Below, in pieces: positions 10,138 through 21,468 of a stretch of 29,124 nt of DNA (the stretch's first letter is position 1; each line of letters opens with the position of its first letter). Source of the DNA: Octopus sinensis (Eukaryota); NCBI RefSeq assembly GCF_006345805.1, contig NW_021833168.1, positions 1 through 29,124 of the forward strand, written 5' to 3'. Under the pieces are notes generated by a model. It was not told where the DNA came from. It saw nothing but the letters and a program-made list of their open reading frames with translations, and ran no database searches. The position numbers and the translations under genes are program-made.

Positions 10138-11155
10138 TAGCATTAAAGACCCGTCGTTGCCGGGTCATAGTGCTAGTGCATGTATATGTGTGTATATATA
10201 TGTGTACATATTACATGTACATCTATAGATATACATCTACACTTAAAATACAAAGTTATATCTTGATATCGCTAGTGATAACAATACTCAAAATATATAA
10301 CAGACTAGAATTGTTAGCCCGTCTCTTGTAATTTCGATGAACTGTATCTTGTCCTCCCTCTTGTATAGAAGTGTGGCTACAATCCAGCCTACCGCTACTT
10401 CGGGGAGGGGGGCATTTTAATGTTTTTATCAGGCACGTCCTACGTCCCAGATATAAAGATAAAAATAAAATATTTCCACTTTGCAAGTTCGAGTCGAGTA
10501 CTCCCTTGCACGCTCCGTTGACTCGAACCTTGCTTCTATTGTGGCGAATTTACCGCCTCTGATTAGATACCTTTCATAGTCGCACCAATACACTTTTCGA
10601 AGGTGCTTTCCTCCATGTGTTCAAATCTTCTTTTTTCTCTACATTGTATATTTTATAGACAATAGTCTTTTCTTTAATTTAATTTTTTATTATCCATTTC
10701 TGCACGCTAATTTTATTTTTAATTTATTCCCATTCATGTGAAACCACTTATTCAAGTTCAAGTCATTGTTGTAATTCTATACCAATTGCTATTTTTACTT
10801 TTGTTCTGTTACAATTATATTATACTTTAGTTTGATTTTGATTATTACTTACTACATATAATTCAATTGTTATTATTATTTTCATTGTTAAAGTGAAAGT
10901 ATCTGATATAAAATAGAGAAACGTTTCACTTTTAACACGTAATACTGAAATAGTGGAGAAGATATGATATTACTATGGGCTCGCTCTAGGCAAGAAGTTG
11001 AGCATTTTTTTGCCGATGACACTCCCCGGACCCTAAGTAAGGCATGTGTAAAATTTGAATGAAATTGGTTGTGTAGTTCTCAGGTTTTAGGGAAACACAC
11101 ACACAGACAGACAGACAGACAGTAGATAGACACACATTCTCAGTTTTATATATAT
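10135..11155 (+). mobile_element. Non-autonomous Helitron/Helentron-like element (DINE-1/Lep1-style architecture)
   Basis: Begins TACTAG straight after (TA)n, with a subterminal hairpin gacccg-tcgttgc-cgggtc (10148-10166). The 3' region aaatttgaatgaaattggttgtgtagtt... is followed by (CAGA)n and ttttatatatat. No TSD. Classified by architecture only. Confidence 0.6.
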
Positions 11156-11176
11156 AAATATATATATATATATGTG

Positions 11177-11392
11177 TATTTCTTTATTGCCCAGAAGGGG
11201 CTAAACATAGAGGGGACAAACAAAGACAGACAAAGGGATTAGGACGATTACATTGACCCCAGTGCGTAACTGGTACTTTATTTATCGATCCCGAAAGGAT
11301 AAAAGGCAAAGTCAACCACGCCGGAATTTGAACTCAGAACGAAATACTGCTAAGCATTTTGGCCGGCGTGCTAACGTTTCTGCCAGCTCGCC
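11177..11392 (-). mobile_element. Major-family SINE (copy 5)
   Basis: gggctaaacatagaggggacaaac...ccccagtgcgtaactggtactt...ccgaaaggataaaaggcaaagtc...gaatttgaactcagaacg...ctgccagctcgcc. Confidence 0.9.
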
Positions 11393-11592
11393 TTTATATA
11401 TATATATATATATATATATAGGTTATAAAATGAGATAGGGGTTGAAAATTCAACCCACCATGGGATAATATATATCCAATATACTGCTAGATAGGTACCC
11501 AACAAGACTAATACATAGATGTTAAAAATTGCCAAACAATCAGTTCATCTATTGTACTATATGGGTAAAGGTAATAATATTAACGTAAATTA

Positions 11593-12232
11593 ATACTACA
11601 AAATTAGAAAATGGAGAAACATACTTAAATCAATAAAACATCAACTATCAGATGATACCCAATCAATACTTTATTATACCATTACATATCAGTAAAGGCA
11701 TTATACAAAATATACAGTAAAAGTAAATAGACAAAGAGATATAAGTATAAAATTTGAAATATAATATGTAATTAAATCAAATCTGACAGCTGTTTCGGCA
11801 GTGAGGGCAGTCATACCTCATTTAACCTATAAGCCATAAAGACAGGTATAAATGAGGCATTAACAAGGATGCCCCACGGCCTCTTCAGAGAATTAAATTT
11901 GTTATAATTGTGAAAAAGATTATTTAACCATATACATATAAAAATAAAAAAATATAAAAATGTAAAATATAAAAACTTATACATAAACTTCATAATGCTA
12001 CACTTATATAATATAATACTCATTGGTACAATAATGCAAGGTAAACAGAACAAAATAAAACAAAATATATATCAGTGTATATATTAATATTAATCAGCAC
12101 CGTTATTATACATATTTGGCTAATAGTTTTTTAAAAAAACTAACACATAGGGAGATGAAAAATAATAATTAAAACCATGGTTCAGTTCATAAAATTATAG
12201 AGCTATAAAAGTCAATAAAAATTACTATTAAT

Positions 12233-12266
<34 letters not shown>

Positions 12267-14038
12267 GATACAGTTATGTTTGCACCAAGTCCATCCTTTC
12301 AAGATCGAAATAACTATGAGTTTAGAAATACTGACCACTAGGTAATGATAATTTAGATTAATTCGATTGGCTAGTGGTTTGAAATTTAAATCACAAAAGA
12401 AATTATACGGTTGGTTAGTCAAGGAACGCCAATATTCACACGCGCATCCACAGATCAATCGCACATACACACATAATTATATGTATACACATACACTTAT
12501 ACACATACATAACCACAAGCAACAACTAGCACATAGATAAACAAAAAGGGAAGCAACTATGCTGCCATTTAGTCCTTCAAAATTATAACTGTGCCTCAAA
12601 TAACAAAAATGATCCACTCATGCATTTCATAAAATATTTAATTTAAAGATAGAAATATATTTTTAAATATCAGCATGTTACGAAGTCAGATACTATTTCA
12701 TTGGGTAACTTAAAATTTATAACACCGGTTTGTTGCATAGTAAACATACGGTTGTTAGATTTACCGTAAGTTTGTTATGATTCCAAGTACGCTAAGTTAT
12801 AAAATATAAAATATATATTAATTTATATATTATAAATATATCTCTTATTTACTTAATAAATTTAATGCCATAATATACCAGATTAGGCATTAAATAATAT
12901 CAACAAGGGGAAGTACTAATGCAAACGCATATGAGAACATCACAGAAATTTTAAAAAATGTATATTATAAATACTTAAGATAAAATGTGATAAATAAATA
13001 AGAAGGAATAATTACGGTTACACACATATTATAAGTACAAACCAGTATATATGTATTCATATATTATTAAAATAAAATAAAAATAAATGATCGATATGTA
13101 TGTATAAAACTACACTTGTATAAGTAAATAAGTAAAAAATAAATAGATAACAAATAAGATGACTTGATATGTATGTAAAAATCTACACTTAAATAAGCAA
13201 ATAAATAAATAATTAGAAGACTAAATGCAGAGATTGATAACATTACAATAAAATAAAAAAATAAATAAAGTGAATATTTATGTTATATTGATGAAAGTAA
13301 ATATGTATGGAAGGATAATTTAAAGCACAGATCCAGAGGACTATAGATATAAACTAAATATATAAGGCTGGTAATATTTATAAAGCCAAATGTATGTAAA
13401 TGAAAAAAATTAAAATATACAATATAAACCTGCCAAATAAACACATACAAAAAACCTATATTCTCAACCTAAACAAACCAAACTCATAAAAGGCTCTCAT
13501 ATATTACATATTATACAATAGCATTACATTATCTAGAGCTAGGTATCTAACCAAGATATACATATATACTATGCAATATTAGAAAACTTCAAAAATCACA
13601 TATTACAAGGCAAATACCAAAATGAATATGTTATTTCATGTCATATTGCATTTCCCTTAAAAAACAAACAAAAACCCACATATAAAAAAAAAACAAAAAA
13701 TAACAAGAAACAAATAATACTAGACACATCTATTATTATTATACAAATGTAGCTATAAAAATTATAAAATTATAAATTTATAAGTTGCATACTTTAGAAT
13801 TATAGAAGACCACTGGTATAGTTAGTTATAGAAGGGAGTTAAAAAATAATTAATAGTGGAAGTGCTAAGTTCTATTTGAATCTAGAAAAGGTGAACGGTA
13901 GTCTATGAATGCAAAAGAAGTTTTTTTCATTTATGTTGTTAATAATTTGCCGACCCGCTTTAATAATGAAAAAAATTTCATTAATACATAGAGAGCATTT
14001 TTTATTTTTTCCATTATACACAGGTGCTGAAGTTAGTA
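11593..14038 (-). repeat. Left arm of the ~2.45 kb inverted repeat
   Basis: Reverse complement of 15562-18054. Boundaries read from the first mismatches (atactacaaaa... and ...aagttagta). Confidence 0.95.
11782..11891 (-). ncRNA. Type I hammerhead ribozyme with a long stem II extension (left arm)
   Basis: Minus strand: tct CTGAAGA ggccgtggggca...tgccctcactgcc GAAAC agct GTC aga. Palindromic stem III ACAGCTGT, GUC site. Confidence 0.85.
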
Positions 14039-14627
14039 TTTTCCAGTTTAATCTAAAATCTAAGTTCTTACTTTTAAGTTCCCAGATGTATGCACTTAGC
14101 CCTGTAGAGTACATTCTATTTTTATTTCTAAAAGTATATCTGTGATAATTCAATCTCTGTTTTATGCTATTCATAGTTGCCCCAATGTACACCCTACTAC
14201 TCAATTGTGTATCTACAGTGCATTGGTAAACTACCTCCTTCCTGAGGCATTGGTTACCAAACACACATTTATTTCTGTTTCTGCAATTACAAAGATTAAC
14301 AGAATGAGGTAATCTAAGATTGGTCCCCACCCCTATACTACCATTCACATTATAAGTGTTACAATTGTTATCATCATCCAAACCCAAAAACAACGAATGA
14401 GTTAATTTCACATTATTGGCTATATTCCTATCACTAGTACTAGTATTGGTAGTAGTAGTATGATCTATTACATTTATATTATCTCTAGCAGGTACGGTGC
14501 ACTCATTATTAGTAAGGGGGTTGTTCACATTCGTTCCAAGAAAGTTTCTGTTCCTATTATTATTAAAGAGGGGCAAATTTCCATTGTCTAAATTCAATTT
14601 TCTATCCTTATAGAAGTGATCCAGTTT
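13872..14627 (-). pseudogene. PLE linker plus GIY-YIG endonuclease (3' part of the frameshifted ORF)
   Basis: CNCRNRNKC (CxCx5C), then VVY..13 aa..YIG, KQRLNYH, LSAYIWELK, WKIL, CSLCINE and terminal CIH. The endonuclease domain spans about 14291-13872. The frame is open back to ~14627, so the TTG start in the ORF track is not a true start. Confidence 0.9.
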
Positions 14628-15561
14628 CTGTTATTAAAAGAGGAGATAATGGTGGCTAGATTATGAGTAATGCTATATCCCACTCTAACAGTACCGTTGT
14701 TAATTAAAGGACTAAATTTATTCTTATCCTTACCAAAATGCCTAAATATAACATTATGCAAAGCTCTCACTATGTTTGTTTTAATCTGCATTGCATATGG
14801 GATAATCAACCAGAGTGTATCCTTATCAGAATTAGGATTGCCTATAGAATTATTGTTATTTGTAAAAATCCTATTCTTAGACCAACCCATAAGATTACTA
14901 TTCTTACCACTGTCATTGTTATATCTATCTATATCAATATTCCCATGATTATTGCGCAAGTAAACTTTACCATTACCATGTCTACCATAAGTTTTAATAT
15001 GTATATTATTATTAATATTACTACTATTACCCGTTTGCTCAGATCTATTTGAGCTACCGTTCACCTTTCCGAGGTTAACATCACTTCTACATTTATTATA
15101 GGTGTTATCATATATTCTATTTTTACTATTCTTATGTTTATTGTTGTTTATCCTAAATCTATTGGTGTTGTTCCTAATAGTTCTACCTCCATTAGGAGGG
15201 TTCCCCTTAGGTATAAACCATATCTTACTTTTGTATCCTGCCTTAAGCAATGCTGCATTGTATCTATCACAATGCTTGTTAAAAATTTCCTCGTTAGAGG
15301 ATAAACTAGAAATTCTCTGACTAATGCTACGCACTAGTGCATTTTTAATTTGAGGGGGGTGATTACTTGAACGGTTAATATATATTAGGTTAGAATTAGG
15401 TTTAATATAAGGTTCATGTAATCCATTAGTAATGTTACAATTAACATCTAAATAATTAGCAGAATAATTTTCACTTTCAATGATAATGGATAGGCCGAAA
15501 CTTTTAAAAAATTTATTTATTCTTTTTTTCAGAAGATCTAATCTCCTATTAGATGTATTCT
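14594..15561 (-). pseudogene. PLE reverse transcriptase C-terminus and thumb plus linker (5'-truncated, catalytic DD motif absent)
   Basis: NYLDV, PYIKPN, YINRSSNHPPQI, ISQRISSLSSNEEIF, YNAALLKAGY, and later TLWLIIPY...VRVGYS...IISSFNNR are typical PLE RT thumb and linker blocks. The first 43 aa of ORF 14594..15691 are an antisense read of the inverted arm. Confidence 0.9.
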
Positions 15562-18054
15562 TACTAACTTCAGCACCTGTGTATAATGGAAAAAATAAAA
15601 AATGCTCTCTATGTATTAATGAAATTTTTTTCATTATTAAAGCGGGTCGGCAAATTATTAACAACATAAATGAAAAAAACTTCTTTTGCATTCATAGACT
15701 ACCGTTCACCTTTTCTAGATTCAAATAGAACTTAGCACTTCCACTATTAATTATTTTTTAACTCCCTTCTATAACTAACTATACCAGTGGTCTTCTATAA
15801 TTCTAAAGTATGCAACTTATAAATTTATAATTTTATAATTTTTATAGCTACATTTGTATAATAATAATAGATGTGTCTAGTATTATTTGTTTCTTGTTTT
15901 TTTTTTGTTTTTTTTTTATATGTGGGTTTTTGTTTGTTTTTTAAGGGAAATGCAATATGACATGAAATAACATATTCATTTTGGTATTTGCCTTGTAATA
16001 TGTGATTTTTGAAGTTTTCTAATATTGCATAGTATATATGTATATCTTGGTTAGATACCTAGCTCTAGATAATATAATGCTATTGTATAATATGTAATAT
16101 ATGAGAGCCTTTTATGAGTTTGGTTTGTTTAGGTTGAGAATATAGGTTTTTTGTATGTGTTTATTTGGCAGGTTTATATTGTATATTTGGTCTTTCTTTG
16201 TACTCACCTTAATTTGTATCTTATGCTATTTACTAATAAAACTTTTTTCATTTTTTTCATTTACATACATTTGGCTTTATAAATATTACCAGCCTTATAT
16301 ATTTAGTTTATATCTATAGTCCTCTGGATCTGTGCTTTAAATTATCCTTCCATACATATTTACTTTCATCAATATAACATAAATATTCACTTTATTTATT
16401 TTTTAATTTTATTGTAATGTTATCAATCTCTGCATTTAGTCTTCTAATTATTTATTTATTTGCTTATTTAAGTGTAGATTTTTACATACATATCAAGTCA
16501 TCTTATTTGTTATCTATTTTTTTTACTTATTACTTATACAAGTGTAGTTTATACATACATATCGATCATTATTTTTATTTTATTTTAATAATATATGAAT
16601 ACATATATACTGGTTTGTACTTATAATATGTGTGTAACCGTAATTATTCCTTCTTATTTATTTATCACATTTTATCTTAAGTATTTATAATATAAATTTT
16701 TTAAAATTTCTGTGATGTTCTCATATGCGTTTGCATTAGTACTTCCCCTTGTTGATATTATTTAATGCCTAATCTGGTATATTATGGCATTAAATTTATT
16801 AAGTAAATAAGAGATATATTTATAATATATAAATTAATATATATTTTATATTTTATAACTTAGCGTACTTGGAATCATAACAAACTTACGGTAAATCTAA
16901 CAACCGTATGTTTACTATGCAACAAACCGGTGTTATAAATTTTAAGTTACCCAATGAAATAGTATCTGACTTCGTAACATGCTGATATTTAAAAATATAT
17001 TTCTATCTTTAAATTAAATATTTTATGAAATGCATGAGTGGATCATTTTTGTTATTTGAGGCATAGTAATAATTTTGAAGGACTAATTGGCAGCATAGTT
17101 GCTTCCCTTTTTGTTTATCTATGTGCTAGTTGTTGCTTGTGGTTATGTATGTGTATAAGTGTATGTGTATACATATAATTATGTGTGTATGTGCGATTGA
17201 TCTGTGGATGCGCGTGTGAATATTGGCGTTCCTTGACTAACCAACCGTATAATTTCTTTTGTGATTTAAATTTCAAACCACTAGCCAATCAAATTAATCT
17301 AAATTATCATTACCTAGTGGTCAGTATTTCTAAACTCATAGTTATTTCGATCTTGAAAGGATGGACTTGGTGCAAACATAACTGTATCTATTATTATTAT
17401 TATTATTATTATTAATATTAATAGTAATTTTTATTGACTTTTATAGCTTTATAATTTTATGAACTGAACCATGGTTTTAATTATTATTTTTCATCTCCCT
17501 ATGTGTTATTTTTTTTTAAAAACTATTAGCCAAATATGTATAATAACGGTGCTGATTAATATTAATATATACACTGATATATATTTTGTTTTATTTTGTT
17601 CTGTTTACCTTGCATTATTGTACCAATGAGTATTATATTATATAAGTGTAGCATTATGAAGTTATGTATAAGTTTTTATATTTTACATTTTTATATTTTT
17701 TATTTTTCTATGTATATGGTTAAATAATCTTTTTCACAATTATAACAAATTTAATTCTCTGAAGAGGCTGTGGGGCATCCTTGTTAATGCCTCATTTATA
17801 CCTGTCTTTATGGCTTATAGGTTAAATGAGGTATGACTGCCCTCACTGCCGAAACAGCTGTCAGATTTGATTTAATTACATATTATATTTGAAATTTTAT
17901 ACTTATATCTCTTTGTCTATTTACTTTTACTGTATATTTTGTATAATGCCTTTACTGATATGTAATGGTATAATAAAGTATTGATTGGGTATCATCTGAT
18001 AGTTGATGTTTTATTGATTTAAGTATGTTTCTCCATTTTCTAATTTTGTAGTAT
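15562..18054 (+). repeat. Right arm of the inverted repeat (inverted pseudo-LTR with the last 55 endonuclease codons, 3' region and HHR)
   Basis: Begins ...LTSAPVYNGKNKKCSLC...FSRFK* (stop at 15728) and mirrors 11593-14038. It has ~60 extra bp at ~16189-16250. Confidence 0.95.
17756..17865 (+). ncRNA. Type I hammerhead ribozyme with a long stem II extension (right arm)
   Basis: tct (17756-58), CTGAAGA (17759-65), stem II region 17766-17850, GAAA (17851-54), ACAGCTGT palindrome (17854-61), GUC with predicted cleavage after 17862, aga (17863-65). Confidence 0.85.
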
Positions 18055-18419
18055 ATATATATATATATAGCTGTAGGAGAAAATTCTCACATGAAGTATA
18101 CACTCACAGTCAGTGATGAGTAAGGATTTATATCCCAAATATTGCGATGTTTTTGTTGTTGTTCGCTAATCTATCAATGTGCTAAAGACGTACATATCTC
18201 TGAGGCAAATGATCGTTTGGTTAATGATTAGGTAATAAATAGTAAATGGACATGGTAAACCGTAAATGTTTTGATAATTATGCTTGTGGAAAATTTGATA
18301 TCATTTGGGTTATGTTATTGACAAGCTTGTAGCTATTTACTCTCATTGATATATAATTGCGCGCGCGTGCACACACACGCAAATTTATTTATATGTTTAT
18401 ACATATGTATTTGTATGAA

Positions 18420-18564
18420 TATATATATATATATATATGTGTGTGTATACATCTAGATATATGTATGCGAATATATACATGTATCTATAAATGTATACAT
18501 ATATATATATGTGTGTATACAGCTAGATATATGTATGCGAATATATACATGTATCTATAAATGT

Positions 18565-18614
<50 letters not shown>

Positions 18615-18661
18615 ATACATCTAGATTATGTATGCGAATATATACATGTATCTATAAATGT

Positions 18662-18705
<44 letters not shown>
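18420..18705. repeat. Three-copy minisatellite separated by variable (TA)n
   Basis: The unit gtgtgtatacatctagatatatgtatgcgaatatatacatgtatctataaatgtatacat occurs at about 18441, 18510 and 18607. Confidence 0.9.
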
Positions 18706-18708
<3 letters not shown>

Positions 18709-18840
18709 CATGCGTGTGTGCATGGTGTGTATGCTTACACACACACACAAACACCCCAACGTATATATATATATACATATATATATATATACATACACAT
18801 GTCTAGAATGAGTACTAGGCTAAAAAAGTTCTGATGTCGA

Positions 18841-18920
18841 TTTATTCGGCTAAAACTCTTCAAGGCGGTGCTCCAGCATGGCCACTATCAAATGGCGGAA
18901 ACAAATAAAATAAAAAAAAA
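18841..18920 (+). mobile_element. SINE 3' end fragment (family of 8873-9107)
   Basis: aaggcggtgctccagcatggcc...aaatg..gaaacaaataaaa followed by an A-rich tail. Confidence 0.75.
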
Positions 18921-19275
18921 ACTTACACACATAAAAGTATACACACATGCATACACTCGAACATAATGTATGTATTTTGGATGTTCTTAAGTAGTAAATA
19001 GAATGTTAAATGCTCATTAATGTCCTACATACATATTAAAATGTAGCGTTTGTTTATTTTTGCCTGATGTTTACTCTGCCGTTAATACCAGCCGATAGCA
19101 TTTCCGAGTAGCAATCGTAGAAACGATAAAACATGTGTCGTTCTTGTTTTGGTGCTTAATTTCCGTAATCAAATAACCAAAAGTGGTATTAAATTCGCAT
19201 AGGAAAATCTTCAATAACGATTGAAAAATAAACACATAGAAAAATAACATGAATATTATTATTTTTAGTGACAAT

Positions 19276-19400
19276 GTCGACATTGCATTTCATCGTTTCG
19301 GGGTCGATGGAATAAGTATCAATCGAGTACTGGGGTCGATAACATCGACCGTCCCTCTCCCCAGTATTTCAAGATTTGTGTCTATAGAATAAATGATTAA
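19276..19400 (+). mobile_element. Major-family SINE core and tail fragment (copy 6, the only plus-strand copy)
   Basis: gtcgacattgcatttcatcgtttcggggtcgat...aagta...ctggggtcgat is the reverse complement of the shared core. Confidence 0.75.
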
Positions 19401-19471
19401 TATTTTCATTTGCTTTTTCTTCTTCCTTCAATATTATTTCCATTTCTAGCCGAGCGCCTTCCCGACACCCA

Positions 19472-21468
19472 GGGCAAAGAAACTTACAGTAAACCATAAC
19501 TGAAGACAGCTGCAGAAAGAAGAAAGGCTTCAGTATGGCCTGGATCGATTACCGAAAGACTTTTTTTAGTATTCCCCGCACGTGGATCCTCGAAACACTA
19601 GCGATGAACAAGGTGGCATCAACAATTATAAAATGCATAGGACACTATGAATAAATGGCAGACAGTGCTACAGCTACAAACAAAAGAGGAAATCGTGAAA
19701 ACCAAAGCCATCCCCGTTTGAAGTGGAATATTCCAGGGAGAAACACACTCGCCACTCCTTTTCTGCTTACTACTAACATGCTAAATAGAACTGGATGTGG
19801 ATACAAATGTTACGGCAAAACGAACAGTCACCTCTTATATTTAGATGACATAAAACTATACGCTACAAATTATAAACAGCTGGAAACACTAATACAGACA
19901 GTACATGGTTTTACCAAAGAAATAAATATGAAATTTGGCTTAGAAAAATGTGCCAAAGTAACCTTAAAAAGAGGAAAACTAGTTAAGAGTAGCAACATCA
20001 CACTACATAAAGCCAATGAAATAACGGAATTAGAATAAAGCCAGACATACAAACATTTAGGAATCAATGAACTAGATAAGACACAACACACACGAATGAA
20101 AAATAAAATAAAAAGAGTATTATAGACGATTTAGATCAATACTGAAAACAGAGCTCAATGCTAAAAATAAGATAATATGTATTAACACTTTAGCCATCCC
20201 AGTTATAAGCTACAGCTACAATATCGTTAACTGGGCACTAAATGAACTAACCAAAATAGACAGTAAAATAAGAAAAATAATGACATGATCTACGATGCAC
20301 CACCCAAAATCTGACATAGAAACGCTATATATACAACATATAGAAGGAGGTAGAGGCCTTATACTGCTGGAAAACTATTATAAAATATCCACTATAGGAC
20401 TGTAAAAATACCTACTTCAGAAGCGAAGAAAACTAATACAAATAGCCGCAAAACACGAGCAAAACTAAAAACTGCTTTCAGTACTTAGGAAGCTGACAGA
20501 TACAAACAATAAGTCATACTACCTAACAAATATGAAGAAAAAGAAGAAACAACAAAAGCTATAAAACAAAAGAAATCCAAGCTAAACTAGAACAGCAACG
20601 GACTTTGATAAAACGATAGCAAGAAAAGTCCCCGCATGGCAAATACTGGGCTAAACTAAACGCAAAAGAATTAGACAGAGGAAAATCCCAGCAGTGGTTG
20701 AGAAGCTCAGGACTCAAAGCAGACACTAAAGGATTTTTAATTGCTGCACAAGACCAAATCCTCCCCACCAGAAATTACCAAAAACATATAATGAAAAGAA
20801 ACATAAGAAGTAACTGTAGAATATGTGGAAATGGACAATAAACAATAAATCATATTATCTCTGGATGTCCAGTCCTAGATAAGAAGGAATATATTCACAG
20901 ACACGACAGAGTTGGGATCTACATACACTGGAAACTATGCCTACACTACAGAATAACAAGAGATAAAATGGTATAAGCACATGCCATAAAAGGTCACAGA
21001 AAACGAGAAAACAACCATACTATCGGATATGCCAATACACAGATTGAGAAATTAAGGCCAATAACCCAGATATAGTTGTCAGAGATCATGAAGAAAACAA
21101 TGCTTTCTAATTGATGTATCAATACCAGCAGATGACAACGTTTCTCTAAAAGAAATGAAAAAAATCTTTCAAAATACAAAGACCTGGAAATAGAGGTAAC
21201 TCGAATGTGGAGTCTAAAAACAGAAGCAATTTCTAGGCGGATTAGGTATGATAAAAACATTCAGACAAATGCATAACAAAAACACCAGCACTAAAAAATA
21301 TATATAACATAAAGAAAATAGCACTACTAGGCTCCACACATATCCTGCGTAAAACACTTTCAATACAGTAAAAATAACATCACACCAAATCACAGCACAT
21401 ACCCAAGGCACACAAAGCTGCGCTCGGTAGTGAAATGAAAGCACGCGACAAAAATAAAACTACTGGGT
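19472..21468 (+). mobile_element. 5'-truncated, decayed non-LTR retrotransposon with RT, CCHC knuckle and restriction-like endonuclease (R4/Dong-like)
   Basis: Stitched translation gives MAWIDYRK, GIFQG, HLLYLDDIKLYA, FGLEKCA, INTLAIPVISY, HHPKSD, GGRGL, AAQDQ, CRICG..NHIISGC (20815-20871), RHD, PDIVV, SKYKDL and ...HILRKTLSIQ* (stop 21369-71). Many stops and frameshifts. A TAA-like repeat follows at 21469. Confidence 0.85.

Larger units (their letters stand above)
11421..18054 (-). mobile_element. Penelope-like retroelement (C-terminal GIY-YIG), 5'-truncated, with an inverted pseudo-LTR, inserted in (TA)n
   Basis: RT thumb and GIY-YIG coding remnant on the minus strand (15561 to 13872), ~2.3 kb non-coding 3' region containing an HHR, 172 bp tail (11421-11592), and an inverted copy of the 3' part at 15562-18054. 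(TA)n flanks at 11395-11420 and 18052-18069. Confidence 0.9.

Noticed and set aside
10890-10935. aaagtgaaa/tttcacttt hairpin enclosing ctgatat and gaaacgtt
   Set aside because: The core is degenerate, is not adjacent to stem I, and there is no stem II.
13909-15320. Plus-strand ORFs 13909..14145, 14670..14948, 14738..15052 and 15102..15320
   Set aside because: Antisense shadows of the PLE coding sequence.
19494-19548. CTGAAGA cagctg ca GAAA with a surrounding hairpin
   Set aside because: It is LINE coding sequence (ITEDSCRKKKGFSMAW), and there is no valid NUH site or stem I.
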